NCBI GenBank assembly: GCA_002338505.1 | Contig: DDIK01000173.1 | Span: 1-57,485, forward strand | DNA: 57,485 nt | Origin: Bacteriovorax sp. UBA1852 | GTDB lineage: Bacteria; Bdellovibrionota; Bacteriovoracia; Bacteriovoracales; Bacteriovoracaceae | Reading direction: 5' to 3' | Shown here: positions 19,318 to 29,397 of the stretch, in pieces | How positions within the stretch are numbered: position 1 is the first letter of the stretch | Layout of the letters: each line of letters begins with the position of its first letter | Made by a program: the position numbers and the translations under genes | The notes under the pieces: generated by a model | The model's database searches: none | The model's input: only the letters and a program-made list of their open reading frames with translations | What the model was told of the DNA's origin: nothing

Positions 19318-20924
19318 ATGAGATATTTGACTACTTTACTTTTATTTATTTTCTTATCACTTTCTTGTTCGACACTATATGAATCTAGCGTTGAAATTTC
19401 TAGAAGTATTGCAACTAAGGATACCCCAAGTGTCACATGTAACAATGCGATTAGAAGTATTCAACTTAGAGGGAATGATACTGCCGTAGAAATAGAAATA
19501 CCTTTCGTAACTATTGAGGGTGAACCAATTGCTAGTCGTGATATTATTTTAGAATCAATTACGACAACTACAGGTACAATTGAACCTCTCCTCGATAAAA
19601 CATGGTACCTAAAAACAAAAGCTCCAAAATGGCTCAGCGATTTACATAAATCGGGTGAGTTCGCAGACTATAAATTAGCCAAAATTCCTTTTGATGAATT
19701 ATCAATTGATCAAAAACATGAACTTCTAAAATATCGCTCTACTAAACAGCGTGAAAATAACTTCTTTAATGACAGGCAAATTCACAATATTAAGTTCAAA
19801 GATGAATTAGACTTCACTTTTGAAAAGAAACTGAATTCTTGGGACAAATATATCAGCCAGGAACTTATACAATAGATATTTCTAAGGTCTTAAGAAATAT
19901 TGAATACATGTCGCCAAAGAGTGTTCAAGATGTTTCAGGTATTGAGATTCATTTTCGAACGAACTTAAATGCAGGAACTGTTTCAGCAGATGCTTCAAAG
20001 TTCTTAGAAGCTCTTGGTATGAAAAACCAAAGTCAACATGTACATATTGTCTCAAAAATAGATATAGAGAAACTCAGGAACAACAAGGTCACAGAAAGTG
20101 CCAAGTATGGTGAGTTCTATCGTAGGGCAAATCTCCTGGCTGAAATGTATGAAGTTCTAACTAATCGTCGTCGACTCTTTATGAAAATTGATGAAGATGA
20201 CCCAGGAGTCACACATTTTGGAATAACCACAACAGACAAAGTTGAGGGCATCATTAAGTACTTCTTACAAACATCAAATGGTCTATCTCCTAAAATTAAA
20301 GATAAGTACAAAATGGGTTATGTCGGGATGAGAGGGAGTGATAAGTATGACTCACCTGGACTGTGGGGCTTAGAATATCGATCAGTGAATAGAAAAGGTA
20401 ATAGGAATAATTATAAGAAAATTCTTGATGCCATACAAAATAAGATGGAATCTTCTGGCTTAGGTATAGATGACACAGAAGTTGAGAACTGGCTTAAGGA
20501 GATGAATGCAACATCGGCAAAAGAAATGGTAAGTCTTATAAGCCAAAACTACTATAGAAGGAAAAATATTTCTCAATCAGGTTACACAAGCCCAAAGTTA
20601 AATGAAATTTTAGGTGATCTTGATCGTGATACCATTAGCAAGCTCTCTGATCTAAAAGATGAAAACCTAGGAATTATGATGGTTTTCCATAACTGGGATC
20701 AAGACATGCTCTTTTATGATAAACCTGACATCTTAGAAAGAATTCACAAGAACCAAATGAGAGCTGCTCACAAGATAGTTAGACTACTTAAAGAAAAAGA
20801 TGAAACAAAAAGACGAAAGGCAACAATAGATACTATTCAAAACTTTATAAAAGATTCAAAAATATTTGAAATCATTTCTGAATCATTTGAACTTGAAGGT
20901 CTCGACATAAGAGTAAAGGAATAA
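19318..20924 (+). pseudogene. Putative lipoprotein gene split by a -1 frameshift (ORFs 19318-19875 and 19839-20924)
   Basis: Lipobox LSLSC; ORFs overlap; the -1 frame opens just after TGA 19821-19823; second ORF has only a TTG start with no RBS. Confidence 0.65.
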
Positions 20925-21518
20925 TTATTTAGCTTTAAGAAACTCAAGTAACTTATAAGGTATAGAGGCCTTATCTTCTGGTATCTTCAAAGCTTCAGCT
21001 ATAGAAAGAGAAGCCTTAATTTCTAAGTCTTCATAAGTTTCAAGTCGTTTTATCTGAATATTAAGATCAGCAGAACAATTACCACCATTAGTCTGATTTG
21101 CCTCTCTAGGATTAAACGCGAGACAACCATAAGGCTTATTCTTTGAACCAAGTCCACATCCCCATGATGGAAAGTTAAAAAAAGGACAGGTATAGGTCTT
21201 TCTAAAGAATGTACTTCTTCCCGTTTGAAAGAATTGATCAAGCCTAAAGTCTTCCACACATTTTTCAAGTCGCTCTATTAAGTCTTCGTTAATGAGGTTA
21301 TTCTCCTCTAAAAATACTAGCGCCTCGAGGGCCTCGAGATTTGTCATATTCATACTATTTGCACTGTACGTACAACATCGACCGGAGCACTTTAGGCAGT
21401 CAAGTCCACTTTGCTCATTCTTATGCATTGAAGTTATGAGAGCTTCTCTTCTCTCTTTGGCACCATCAAGATTAAGCTCTTTTTGAACTTTAGATAATAA
21501 CTCTTTGTACTTCATCAA
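20925..21518 (-). CDS. CxxCxxxCC (YkgJ/FliB-like) metal-cluster protein
   Basis: CLKCSGRCC, CPFF, C and KPYGC. Confidence 0.75.
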   Translation of the reverse strand: MMKYKELLSKVQKELNLDGAKERREALITSMHKNEQSGLDCLKCSGRCCTYSANSMNMTNLEALEALVFLEENNLINEDLIERLEKCVEDFRLDQFFQTGRSTFFRKTYTCPFFNFPSWGCGLGSKNKPYGCLAFNPREANQTNGGNCSADLNIQIKRLETYEDLEIKASLSIAEALKIPEDKASIPYKLLEFLKAK

Positions 21519-22729
21519 AGGCCAAGAAGATTTCTGAGGTCTAGTCTACCCTCACTTACTGTTCTCCCCTTAAAATGAGGAACGAAAACTGCTGAGGATA
21601 TAAGTCTATCCTTCACTTCTTTCGGACTTAAAGTGGCATCCTTTGCTAGCAAGAGTGAAATAGCTCCTGCTACATAGGGAGCTGACATGGATGTTCCAGA
21701 AAGTACTTTATATTTATTACCAGGAACAGTACTCATAATATTTCTACCAGGTGCCGCTAAGTGTACCGTCGTAGGGCCATAACAAGAAAAGCCAGTCATT
21801 CTATTCTCTGGATTGAGTGCAGCAACAGTGACTTGATTTTCAAGCTTAAAAGCTGCAGGAAAAAGTGGACTCTCATCAAGATTCTTATAATTATTTCCAG
21901 CAGCTGCAACGAAAATAACTCCACTTTCTCTACCGGCATATTCAAAATACTCTTTTAATATTTCTGATTCTTTTAGCATTCCCCAAGAATTATTAATAAC
22001 CTGAGCCCCATTTTCAACGGCATATTTAGTGGCCTTAATCGCACCGGCAAGATTTCCTCTTCCCTTCTTATCCATATACTTAACACCCATCAGCTTCACT
22101 CTCGTGTTAACACCAGCTATACCAATAGAATTATGTTCAGCTCCTATTATGCCTGCTACATGAGTGCCATGTTTATTATCGTCCATAGGATCTGAATCAC
22201 CATGAAAAATATCGACGCCATTTAAATCATCGACAAAACCATTTCCATCATCATCAATACCTTCAATCCCGTTTAATTCTTTTTGATTTATCCACATTTG
22301 ATTTTTTAAGTCCTCATGTGAATGATCAATTCCTGTATCAACAACTGCGACGATTATCTCATTATCAAAACTTAATTGATTCCAGCTATCTTTAATACCT
22401 ATATCACTTGCAACAACGCCAGGAATAGGGACTCTCCCTCCTCCTCGCCTTGGCTCATTATCGCCCTTATTGTCGAGGGCCCACTGCCATTCATAAAACT
22501 CATCATGAGGATTTGAAAAAAGAAAAGTCTCTTGATTCTCTTCTACAATAAAACTCTCGCTATTTGGGAAATTTGGTTTTCTTTCAACTAAGAAGGTATT
22601 AAAAGGCGAACTAAGAATTAATTCCTTACTTGTCTTAGTCTGAAGAAATGGATGGTTCTTATTCTTAACCATGACAATGTAATTTGCATAAGAATTAAGA
22701 GACAGAGCTAATAATAAAATATACTTCAT
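21515..22729 (-). CDS. Secreted S8 subtilisin-like protease
   Basis: VVDTG, HGTHVAG, AAAGN, SGTSM. Confidence 0.95.
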   Translation of the reverse strand: MKYILLLALSLNSYANYIVMVKNKNHPFLQTKTSKELILSSPFNTFLVERKPNFPNSESFIVEENQETFLFSNPHDEFYEWQWALDNKGDNEPRRGGGRVPIPGVVASDIGIKDSWNQLSFDNEIIVAVVDTGIDHSHEDLKNQMWINQKELNGIEGIDDDGNGFVDDLNGVDIFHGDSDPMDDNKHGTHVAGIIGAEHNSIGIAGVNTRVKLMGVKYMDKKGRGNLAGAIKATKYAVENGAQVINNSWGMLKESEILKEYFEYAGRESGVIFVAAAGNNYKNLDESPLFPAAFKLENQVTVAALNPENRMTGFSCYGPTTVHLAAPGRNIMSTVPGNKYKVLSGTSMSAPYVAGAISLLLAKDATLSPKEVKDRLISSAVFVPHFKGRTVSEGRLDLRNLLGL

Positions 22730-23271
22730 ACTTGCTCCTTAAGTGATTTCATTAGTTCCTCAGTTGATTCAACAACGTGAACCATATCTAAGTGTTCTTT
22801 ACTAATGAAACCTTCTTCATGTGCTTTTTTAAAATGTTCAAGCATATGAGTGAAGAAACCATCAAAGTTATAAACATATATAGGCTTTAAATGATACTTA
22901 AGCTGTGCCCAAGTTATAATCTCACAAAGCTCATCAAGCGTTCCAAACCCTCCGGGAATAGCAACAAATGCATCTGAATAATCATACATTCTCTCTTTTC
23001 TAGCATGCATAGTATCGACAACATCAAGAGTTGTAAGACCCTTGTGCCCAACTTCCCAGTTGATTAGAGACTGAGGCATAACACCTATAACCTCATTTCC
23101 TCTTTCAAGAACTTTATCTGCAACGGCTCCCATGACTCCAATAGAAGCCCCACCATAAACTAGATCATAGTTATTATCGCAAAGAGACTCACCTAGCTCC
23201 AAAGAAAGGTTAATATACTTACTTCCCTTACCTGATGCTGAACCACAAAATACACAAATCTTCTTTCTCAT
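22726..23271 (-). CDS. LOG family nucleotide phosphoribohydrolase (TIGR00730-like)
   Basis: VFCGS, YGGA, MHARK, PGGFGTLDE. Confidence 0.93.
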   Translation of the reverse strand: MRKKICVFCGSASGKGSKYINLSLELGESLCDNNYDLVYGGASIGVMGAVADKVLERGNEVIGVMPQSLINWEVGHKGLTTLDVVDTMHARKERMYDYSDAFVAIPGGFGTLDELCEIITWAQLKYHLKPIYVYNFDGFFTHMLEHFKKAHEEGFISKEHLDMVHVVESTEELMKSLKEQV

Positions 23272-24032
23272 AAATCCTCAATGTTAATACTATTTTTTGT
23301 TAAACTATGCTTTGTAAGACTCTTATCAAATAAGAAAAAGAATTCCTGATTGCCAGTCTTACCTTTAATTGGTGATAAGCAAAAACCAGAGATATACATA
23401 CTCTGCTCGTCACACCAGTCATAAAGCTCATCAATCATATTTCTTACAACGTCTTTATTTTTTACTATTCCATTTTTCGAAAGACCATCTTTCCCAACTT
23501 CAAACTGCGGCTTAACGAGCGCTACAATTCGTCCATCATGCTTTATAAGTTTAAAAATATTTTCTAAACAAAGTCTTAAAGAAATAAATGATAAATCAAC
23601 CACAGCTAAGTCACACATATCAGGAAGCTCGTTAAGTTCTCTAATGTTAACGCCTTCCATATTTATAACACGTTTGTCTGCTAGTAATTCTGAAACAAGC
23701 TGTCCATGTCCTACATCGATGGCATATACTTTCTTTGCCCCTCGAGAAAGTACAAAGTTTGTAAAACCACCTGTGCTTGCTCCTACATCTGCAACAATAA
23801 AATCAGTCACACTAATTTCAAATTCTTTTAGCGCACCTTCGACCTTATGAGCACCACGACTGACAAATATCTCTTTCTTACTTACTTCAATTTCTTGATT
23901 TTCAATTCTTAGTGATGGTTTTAAACAAATCGTCTTATCAACAAGAACAACGCCCTCTTTAACAAGCTGCTGCGCTTGAGATCGAGTTCTCGCTAAATTT
24001 AAGTCGACTAACTTCTTATCCAATCTTGTCAT
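23268..24032 (-). CDS. tlyA: TlyA family rRNA 2'-O-methyltransferase
   Basis: S4 domain RLD..L, VSRG, DVGASTGGF, DLSFISL, KPQFE; start ATG 24032. Confidence 0.93.
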   Translation of the reverse strand: MTRLDKKLVDLNLARTRSQAQQLVKEGVVLVDKTICLKPSLRIENQEIEVSKKEIFVSRGAHKVEGALKEFEISVTDFIVADVGASTGGFTNFVLSRGAKKVYAIDVGHGQLVSELLADKRVINMEGVNIRELNELPDMCDLAVVDLSFISLRLCLENIFKLIKHDGRIVALVKPQFEVGKDGLSKNGIVKNKDVVRNMIDELYDWCDEQSMYISGFCLSPIKGKTGNQEFFFLFDKSLTKHSLTKNSINIEDL

Positions 24033-24033
24033 A

Positions 24034-24429
24034 TTATTTAATAATTGGAGTAATATAAATCTTAGTTCTCTGACCCTCTTGAGTCTCAAACTTATATTCT
24101 CCCTTCACTCCCTCTTTAAGATTTAATTTAAATCTCTTAGGACTTCTTGTCTTTGCAGAAAGATCTTGAATAAGGCCCTCGATTACAATTTCCGAGCTCC
24201 TATCATCCATAATGGCCTTCTCATCAAAGTCAGCATTGAAACTTAGTTGAATCCCATTTTTCATTTGTAAGAGAAAGGGTTTATTATTATAAATTTTTTC
24301 ACGACTCATTAATTCACTTTTAAGAATCATTTTATCATCAAAGCCTTTCTCATGAGTGACTTCTATATCAAGATAGACAATGGCCCATGTAAGACTAGAG
24401 ACGATTAATGCAGTAATTAATTTATACAT
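24034..24429 (-). CDS. Secreted hypothetical protein
   Basis: 131 aa, signal peptide, within the dapF-tlyA operon. Confidence 0.7.
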   Translation of the reverse strand: MYKLITALIVSSLTWAIVYLDIEVTHEKGFDDKMILKSELMSREKIYNNKPFLLQMKNGIQLSFNADFDEKAIMDDRSSEIVIEGLIQDLSAKTRSPKRFKLNLKEGVKGEYKFETQEGQRTKIYITPIIK

Positions 24430-25208
24430 AATTGCCCTTTATATATTAAGTGTACTTTTCCACCATAGAAGAGCTTATCTCCTTCTCGTGAAACTTTTAA
24501 CTCTCCACCGCGAGCTATGAATGTCATCTCATTTAATGACTCATCAGCTTCTATTTTAAAAATAAAGTGAGCAGCAGCAGTAGTTCCCGTACCGCAAGAA
24601 AGCGTTTCGCCCTCAACTCCTCTTTCATAAGTACGAATGGCATACTTATCTCCAATCTTGCTAATGAAATTAACATTCACTCCATCAGGAAATATTTCGA
24701 GATTGCGAATTCTTCGTCCCTCTGTTTCCACATCGATCTCCTGAATGTCATCTACAAGATAAACGCAGTGAGGAACTCCAGTGTTTGCGTAATATGAGTC
24801 GAGACTATTATAAAATGAGCTAATCTCTATTTTATTTTCATCATAGAATTGTGTCATTTCAATTGAAACGAAATCACTTTCTTTATCAAGAAATGAGCGA
24901 TAAACGCCTTCTTTTGTCGAGAAGCATAATTCATGCTTGAATATATCTTGATGACTGGAATAGAAATGTGAGATGGCCCTGGCACCGTTGCCACACATGG
25001 AAACTTCGCCTCCATCGGAATTCAGATACCGCATGTGAAAGTCATATTTTTCACTGTTTTCAACAAATAAAACACCGTCTGCACCAACTCCAGTTCTTCT
25101 GGAGCAAATATCTTTCCAAAAATGATGATTGGCCCCGTCAATTTCCCCACTTCTATTGTCCAAGACAACAAAGTCATTTCCGTGCGCAGAATACTTCCAA
25201 AAGTTCAA
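24417..25208 (-). CDS. dapF: Diaminopimelate epimerase
   Basis: GNDF, MCGNGAR, GVPH, ERGVEGETLSCGTG. Confidence 0.95.
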   Translation of the reverse strand: MNFWKYSAHGNDFVVLDNRSGEIDGANHHFWKDICSRRTGVGADGVLFVENSEKYDFHMRYLNSDGGEVSMCGNGARAISHFYSSHQDIFKHELCFSTKEGVYRSFLDKESDFVSIEMTQFYDENKIEISSFYNSLDSYYANTGVPHCVYLVDDIQEIDVETEGRRIRNLEIFPDGVNVNFISKIGDKYAIRTYERGVEGETLSCGTGTTAAAHFIFKIEADESLNEMTFIARGGELKVSREGDKLFYGGKVHLIYKGQLCIN

Positions 25209-25310
25209 AGATACCTCTAATAGCTTTATTTACAGGCCCTTATTCTTTCAAATTATTCTAGGAGTGACCAGTTTTACACACGGCGCCATCATTTTTTTAA
25301 TTATTCAGTA

Positions 25311-25339
25311 TTGCCTAAACTGTCAATTTTAAGTAAATT
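25311..25339 (+). promoter_or_regulatory. Sigma70 promoter of the CAT tRNA
   Basis: TTGCCT-17 bp-TAAATT. Confidence 0.55.
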
Positions 25340-25352
25340 ACTTATTCATTGC

Positions 25353-25429
25353 GGGACATTAGCTCAGTTGGTTAGAGCCCCCGGCTCATAACCGGGTGGT
25401 CGCAAGTTCAAATCTTGCATGTCCCACCA
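25353..25429 (+). tRNA. tRNA with CAT anticodon, probably tRNA-Ile2 (lysidine) rather than Met
   Basis: GGGACAT/ATGTCCC acceptor with paired 1:72, so not initiator; CCCGG-CTCATAA-CCGGG anticodon arm; encoded CCA. Confidence 0.93.
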
Positions 25430-25432
25430 TTT

Positions 25433-25500
25433 AAAAAGCCTTCTTAATTTGATCTGTACCCCGAAAATGGGACTGATTAATTGAAGGCTTTTTTATTTTC
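25433..25500. repeat. Junction hairpin copy 0 (tRNA terminator), interrupted by a 27-bp insert
   Basis: AAAAAGCCTTC-TTAATT-[27 bp]-TTAATT-GAAGGCTTTTTTATTTTC. Confidence 0.8.
25450..25476 (+). mobile_element. Solo IS3-family-like terminal repeat remnant
   Basis: TGATCTGTACCCCGAAAATGGGACTGA resembles IS150/IS861-type ends (recalled pattern TGAACTGCACCCC); flanked by duplicated TTAATT. Confidence 0.5.
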
Positions 25501-26136
25501 ATCGTAAATCAAATCAACAACTTCTCCTAGGATTTCATCATATGACTTTTCATCTATATTGAACCTAAGGACTCTAAAAGGGCATTCTTCAAGAACATCC
25601 TCTGTATTTAAAACTAGCTCTTCTATGAAGAACTTAATTGGTTCGTCAATTTTCTTGTCTTTAAGAAGCGCTGATGTACTTAGTGTACCTCTCACCTGCT
25701 GCTCCCATTCAGTACCTCTACTTTTCATTGTCTTCTCAAAATGAGCTACAGGGTTACTACTATACAAATAAATTAGAACAGGATTAACTCTTTCAATTTT
25801 TTTAAAAATCTCATTAATAAGAGATTTCCCTTTCTCCACTTTATTAATAACTAAAGGAAAGTTCATTTGTTGCTGAATAGTTAAACTTTCTTGAATATAA
25901 ATATGATCTTTATAGCTTTCATTTTTTAGAAATGTGCACCAAGCATTAAGTACAAAATTAGAAAAATCCTCTATGTTCGAATCTATAGTTGTTCCAGTTT
26001 TATATATGAATGGATTATCTTCATCGGTCTCAAGAAACAGTCTAACTTTACATTTTCCCTCTAAAGCTCGCACCAAATTCTTAGCAAAAGTACTTTTTCC
26101 CGTACCAGGTAATCCCTCAATCAATATCATAACCAT
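25477..26136 (-). CDS. P-loop kinase/NTPase, nucleoside or nucleotide kinase-like
   Basis: IEGLPGTGKST Walker A. Confidence 0.75.
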   Translation of the reverse strand: MVMILIEGLPGTGKSTFAKNLVRALEGKCKVRLFLETDEDNPFIYKTGTTIDSNIEDFSNFVLNAWCTFLKNESYKDHIYIQESLTIQQQMNFPLVINKVEKGKSLINEIFKKIERVNPVLIYLYSSNPVAHFEKTMKSRGTEWEQQVRGTLSTSALLKDKKIDEPIKFFIEELVLNTEDVLEECPFRVLRFNIDEKSYDEILGEVVDLIYDENKKAFN

Positions 26137-26227
26137 AACCTATTTTTTTTCCTCACAACATTATTCCAAGTTCACAACTCATTGAAAACTCATTTCTATA
26201 ACTCAAAATATACAGATGAATATCACT

Positions 26228-26288
26228 GAGGAAGAATAGTTCGCGTAAGCACAGAATGAACCACTATTTTGCATTGAACGAACTTTTG
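26228..26288. repeat. Conserved hairpin leader, copy 1
   Basis: AGGAAGAATAGTTCGCGTAAGCA..GAATGAACCACTA..CGAACT, homologous to 29574-29634. Confidence 0.8.
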
Positions 26289-26402
26289 TTCCTCAATGCT
26301 TGAAAAGCCTCCTTCTCAGGGAGCATTTTTGATTTAATTTAAAAATATCTCTTAATCATTCCAAGCAAAACCTGAACCTAATTCATAAAGTTGATATCTC
26401 TT

Positions 26403-26421
26403 TTAGTTAAAATTTAACTAA
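26403..26421. promoter_or_regulatory. Palindromic operator-like site next to the Rha RBS
   Basis: TTAGTTAA-AAT-TTAACTAA; degenerate copy at 29720-29738. Confidence 0.55.
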
Positions 26422-26429
26422 GGATAATT

Positions 26430-26726
26430 ATGAATAATTTTAGAATTGATAAACCTTTTGATAAGAAACCACCAAGACTCAAAGACTTTGTTAATAAAGT
26501 AGTTATCGGTGATGTTTGGGTACGCGATACTCCATTTGGCCAGTGACAGGCTCATTCAAAACTGCAGAGCATTTTGATATGCCACACTTCCACGTAATAA
26601 GAGTTATTGATGAATGTAAAAATGAGTTATCTATTCAATCCAAATTTGGACTATGCCTTAAGCGAAAATCAAATAGGAGCACTAAAAGGTTACTATAGAA
26701 AGAGAATGGATGATAAAAATAAATAG
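26430..26726 (+). pseudogene. Rha-family protein pseudogene, copy 1
   Basis: MNNFRIDKPFDKKPPRLKD aligns with the 29748 gene; 1-bp deletion near 26540; large internal deletion near 26655; tail LKGYYRK retained. Confidence 0.9.
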
Positions 26727-26755
26727 CCTTCTTAATTGGAAGCTGTTTATTTCTA
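26722..26755. repeat. Junction hairpin copy 1
   Basis: AATAGCCTTC-TTAATT-GGAAGCTGTTTATTTCTA. Confidence 0.75.
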
Positions 26756-26775
26756 TTTTTTATATCGATAGTAAA

Positions 26776-27663
26776 CTACTTCAAAATACCTCGAACACAC
26801 ATTTCCAAAGTTTTATAACGAGATGGTAAAGAGCGGTTCTTTTTTTGTACCAAAAACAAATCCTCTGACACCGACCGTTTTGGATTATGTATAATATAGG
26901 ACTTCTTTTTTCCGAAACTATCTAAAGCAGACTGAGGAAGAATCGTAAACCCCAGCCCCTTAGATACTGATAATGGTATTTGTGCAAGTTGATTTACATG
27001 ACTAACTATAGAAATATCATCAATATTTAAAGACTTTAAATCAGAACTACCACACTGATCAAAATATAAAGACAAATACATTTTAGCATCGGGATGATTT
27101 ACTAATCCACATTCTTTTAAAAGCTCTGCCGTCACTTTCCTTCCTGTGTAATGGCGGGGAAGAATTAAACATAAAGACTCATTGCCAACTTTTTTATATC
27201 CAAAATTGCTTCTATTTGGAACCTCAGTAACTACACCAAAATCTATTGCTCCACTTTCTATATTTTCTAAAATTTTATAATTTGGAGCAGCCTCTAAGTG
27301 GACTACAAACCCTGAATGCTTTTTTTGTAAATCTAAAATTTGAGAATAAAGCTTCAATGCCAAAGAGCCTGAGCATGATAGACGGCAATGTCCCCTGAAA
27401 GGATCGTCAAATCTTAAGTTATCAAGTAATGATTCTTCTTCCTGCGAGTGCCTCAATGCATATTCATAGACAAGTCTTCCCTTTTCGGTCAACACAAACC
27501 TCTTCCCCTCCCTAACAATCAATTCGTGCCCACAAGCATCTTCCAACTTCAATATATGCTGACTAACTCCCGGTTGAGTCATATGAAGTACTTTAGCGGT
27601 ACGTGTAAAGTGACCAACTTCAACTAAAGTCTTAAAGGTCTTAAGCCATTGATTATTAAGCAT
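26776..27663 (-). CDS. LysR-family regulator
   Basis: GHFTRTAKVLHMTQPGVSQHILKLE HTH, 295 aa. Confidence 0.95.
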   Translation of the reverse strand: MLNNQWLKTFKTLVEVGHFTRTAKVLHMTQPGVSQHILKLEDACGHELIVREGKRFVLTEKGRLVYEYALRHSQEEESLLDNLRFDDPFRGHCRLSCSGSLALKLYSQILDLQKKHSGFVVHLEAAPNYKILENIESGAIDFGVVTEVPNRSNFGYKKVGNESLCLILPRHYTGRKVTAELLKECGLVNHPDAKMYLSLYFDQCGSSDLKSLNIDDISIVSHVNQLAQIPLSVSKGLGFTILPQSALDSFGKKKSYIIHNPKRSVSEDLFLVQKKNRSLPSRYKTLEMCVRGILK

Positions 27664-27796
27664 ATATTATTTCCCCCACAACTAAGCAATAACAAAAAAT
27701 TATCATTTAGATAAATAATGATAATTTTTATTTTTAACAATCTTGCTCTAAAATAATTAAAAAAGGAAACTAATCCTTTAAAATATAGAGGTAAAT

Positions 27797-28312
27797 ATGT
27801 CTGAATCAACTTATCCTAGAAATTTTTCTCATATCGGAATATCTGTCCCTGACCTAGAAGCTGCTGTTAGATTCTACACAGAAGTTCTTGGTTGGTACCT
27901 TATAATGGAACCCACTGAGATAATTGAAGACAAATCTGCAATTGGAGAAATGTGTACAGACGTATTTGGAGCAAACTGGGATCGCTTTCGAATTGCTCAT
28001 TTATCAACGGGAGATAGAATTGGAGTCGAACTTTTTGAGTTCAAAAATCAAGAAAATCCAAAAGATAATTTTGAGTATTGGAAGACTGGAATCTTTCATT
28101 TCTGTGTTCAAGACCCAAATGTCGAAGAATTGGCTGAAAAAATTGAAAAGGCTGGAGGAAAAAGACGTATGCCAAAACCACGTTACTATTACCCTGAAGA
28201 AAAGCCATATCGCATGATTTACATGGAAGATCCCTTTGGAAATATTTTAGAAATTTACAGCCATAGCTACGAATTACACTACGCTAGTGGAGCATATAAT
28301 AGTCAGAACTAG
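27797..28312 (+). CDS. VOC/lactoylglutathione lyase-like protein (marine glyoxalase family)
   Basis: FSHIGISVPD, GIFHFCVQDP, DPFGNILEI; divergent from LysR. Confidence 0.92.
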   Translation: MSESTYPRNFSHIGISVPDLEAAVRFYTEVLGWYLIMEPTEIIEDKSAIGEMCTDVFGANWDRFRIAHLSTGDRIGVELFEFKNQENPKDNFEYWKTGIFHFCVQDPNVEELAEKIEKAGGKRRMPKPRYYYPEEKPYRMIYMEDPFGNILEIYSHSYELHYASGAYNSQN

Positions 28313-28328
28313 ATGTTAAAGAGCCTCT

Positions 28329-28589
28329 CTAGGCAGCCAAGTCTCTGGCATTTTTGAGTTCCCACTTTGCTTGCATCGTTACCCAAAACTCAGCACTAAT
28401 ACCAAATACCTTCTCAAGCTCTAAGGCAAACTTAGCACTCATGCCTCTTTTGTTATTACAAATTTCAGATATCTTTCTTTCGGCACAACCAATTTCACCA
28501 GCTAACCACTTTTGAGTTAAGCCACGCTCATCAAGAATCATAGTTTTAAGAAACTCACCTGCAGAGTGTCTTACTTTAATTTCAATCAT
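28329..28589 (-). CDS. higA: HigA-family antitoxin
   Basis: HSAGEFL, HTH, SAEFWVTMQ; start overlaps the toxin remnant. Confidence 0.9.
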   Translation of the reverse strand: MIEIKVRHSAGEFLKTMILDERGLTQKWLAGEIGCAERKISEICNNKRGMSAKFALELEKVFGISAEFWVTMQAKWELKNARDLAA

Positions 28590-28836
28590 GGTAATCTCCT
28601 ATTTCAACATCAATAAACTCGCCTTTAGAATATTTAAAGATAATACACCAAGGCTTTTCTATTGTTATCGACCAAAACTCTTTCATACTTCCTTTTAACT
28701 TATGTAGTTTCAAAGAAGGTGGTTCACAAATTTTCTTTAGATCTTCAATTCATGTAACGTCAATTAAGGCCATTAATAAAAAGATTGCTCTCTTATTCAA
28801 TCTTTCAGGATGCTTTTTTGAGGTCCCTTTATTAAT
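28582..28836 (-). pseudogene. higB: HigB/RelE-family toxin pseudogene
   Basis: Hand translation gives PPSLKLHKLKG..FWSITI..PWCIIF..DVEIGDYHD; in-frame TGA at 28750-28752; N-terminus lost at the junction repeat. Confidence 0.88.
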
Positions 28837-28856
28837 TGAAGGCTTTTCTATTTCTA
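28832..28856. repeat. Junction hairpin copy 2, right half only
   Basis: TTAATT-GAAGGCTTTTCTATTTCTA fused directly to truncated higB. Confidence 0.8.
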
Positions 28857-28873
28857 TCAATTTTAAATATAAT

Positions 28874-29380
28874 TTACTCGTTTTTCAAAATTAGCTTTTT
28901 CAATGAGGTAACATCATTAACAGAACCAAAAACTTCAATTACTACAAGCTCATTTACCTTTGTAATTTTTGTATAAAACGTTGAAGAGCCTGAAGAGGTT
29001 TTACTTTTAATCTCATAAACCGTTTCGCCATTTTCAATCGTTTCAGCACACATTAGAACTGACTTATTGTATCTTGAATGACTAGACAATATATACTGAT
29101 CTATAAGTTCAGGCCAAGTTGGATCTACATGGCTAAAAAGATCAACCTTCAATCCCAACTCTATTTGCAGTGGAACAGTCGTTATAACTACTTTAGAAAT
29201 ATTTTTATAAGTGTCCTCTTCCGAATAACAAGAGAAACCATTTTGTCTTTCACCTTCACACACATACTCAGAGACTTCATAAAACCCAGAAAATATTCCT
29301 TTATTAAAATGCTTACAGTCATCAGCTGCAATTGAATTCATTGACAAACCTAGCAGCATAACTAAAAGTGCTTGTTTCAT
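28874..29380 (-). CDS. Secreted hypothetical protein
   Basis: 168 aa, signal peptide, AAGGAG RBS. Confidence 0.7.
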   Translation of the reverse strand: MKQALLVMLLGLSMNSIAADDCKHFNKGIFSGFYEVSEYVCEGERQNGFSCYSEEDTYKNISKVVITTVPLQIELGLKVDLFSHVDPTWPELIDQYILSSHSRYNKSVLMCAETIENGETVYEIKSKTSSGSSTFYTKITKVNELVVIEVFGSVNDVTSLKKLILKNE

Positions 29381-29397
29381 ATGTAGTCTCCTTATTA

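Noticed and set aside
25353-25429. Initiator tRNA-fMet
   Set aside because: Position 1:72 is a G-C pair and the anticodon stem lacks three consecutive G-C pairs next to the loop.
26516-26698. 60-aa ORF as an independent gene
   Set aside because: It is the frameshifted middle of Rha pseudogene copy 1.
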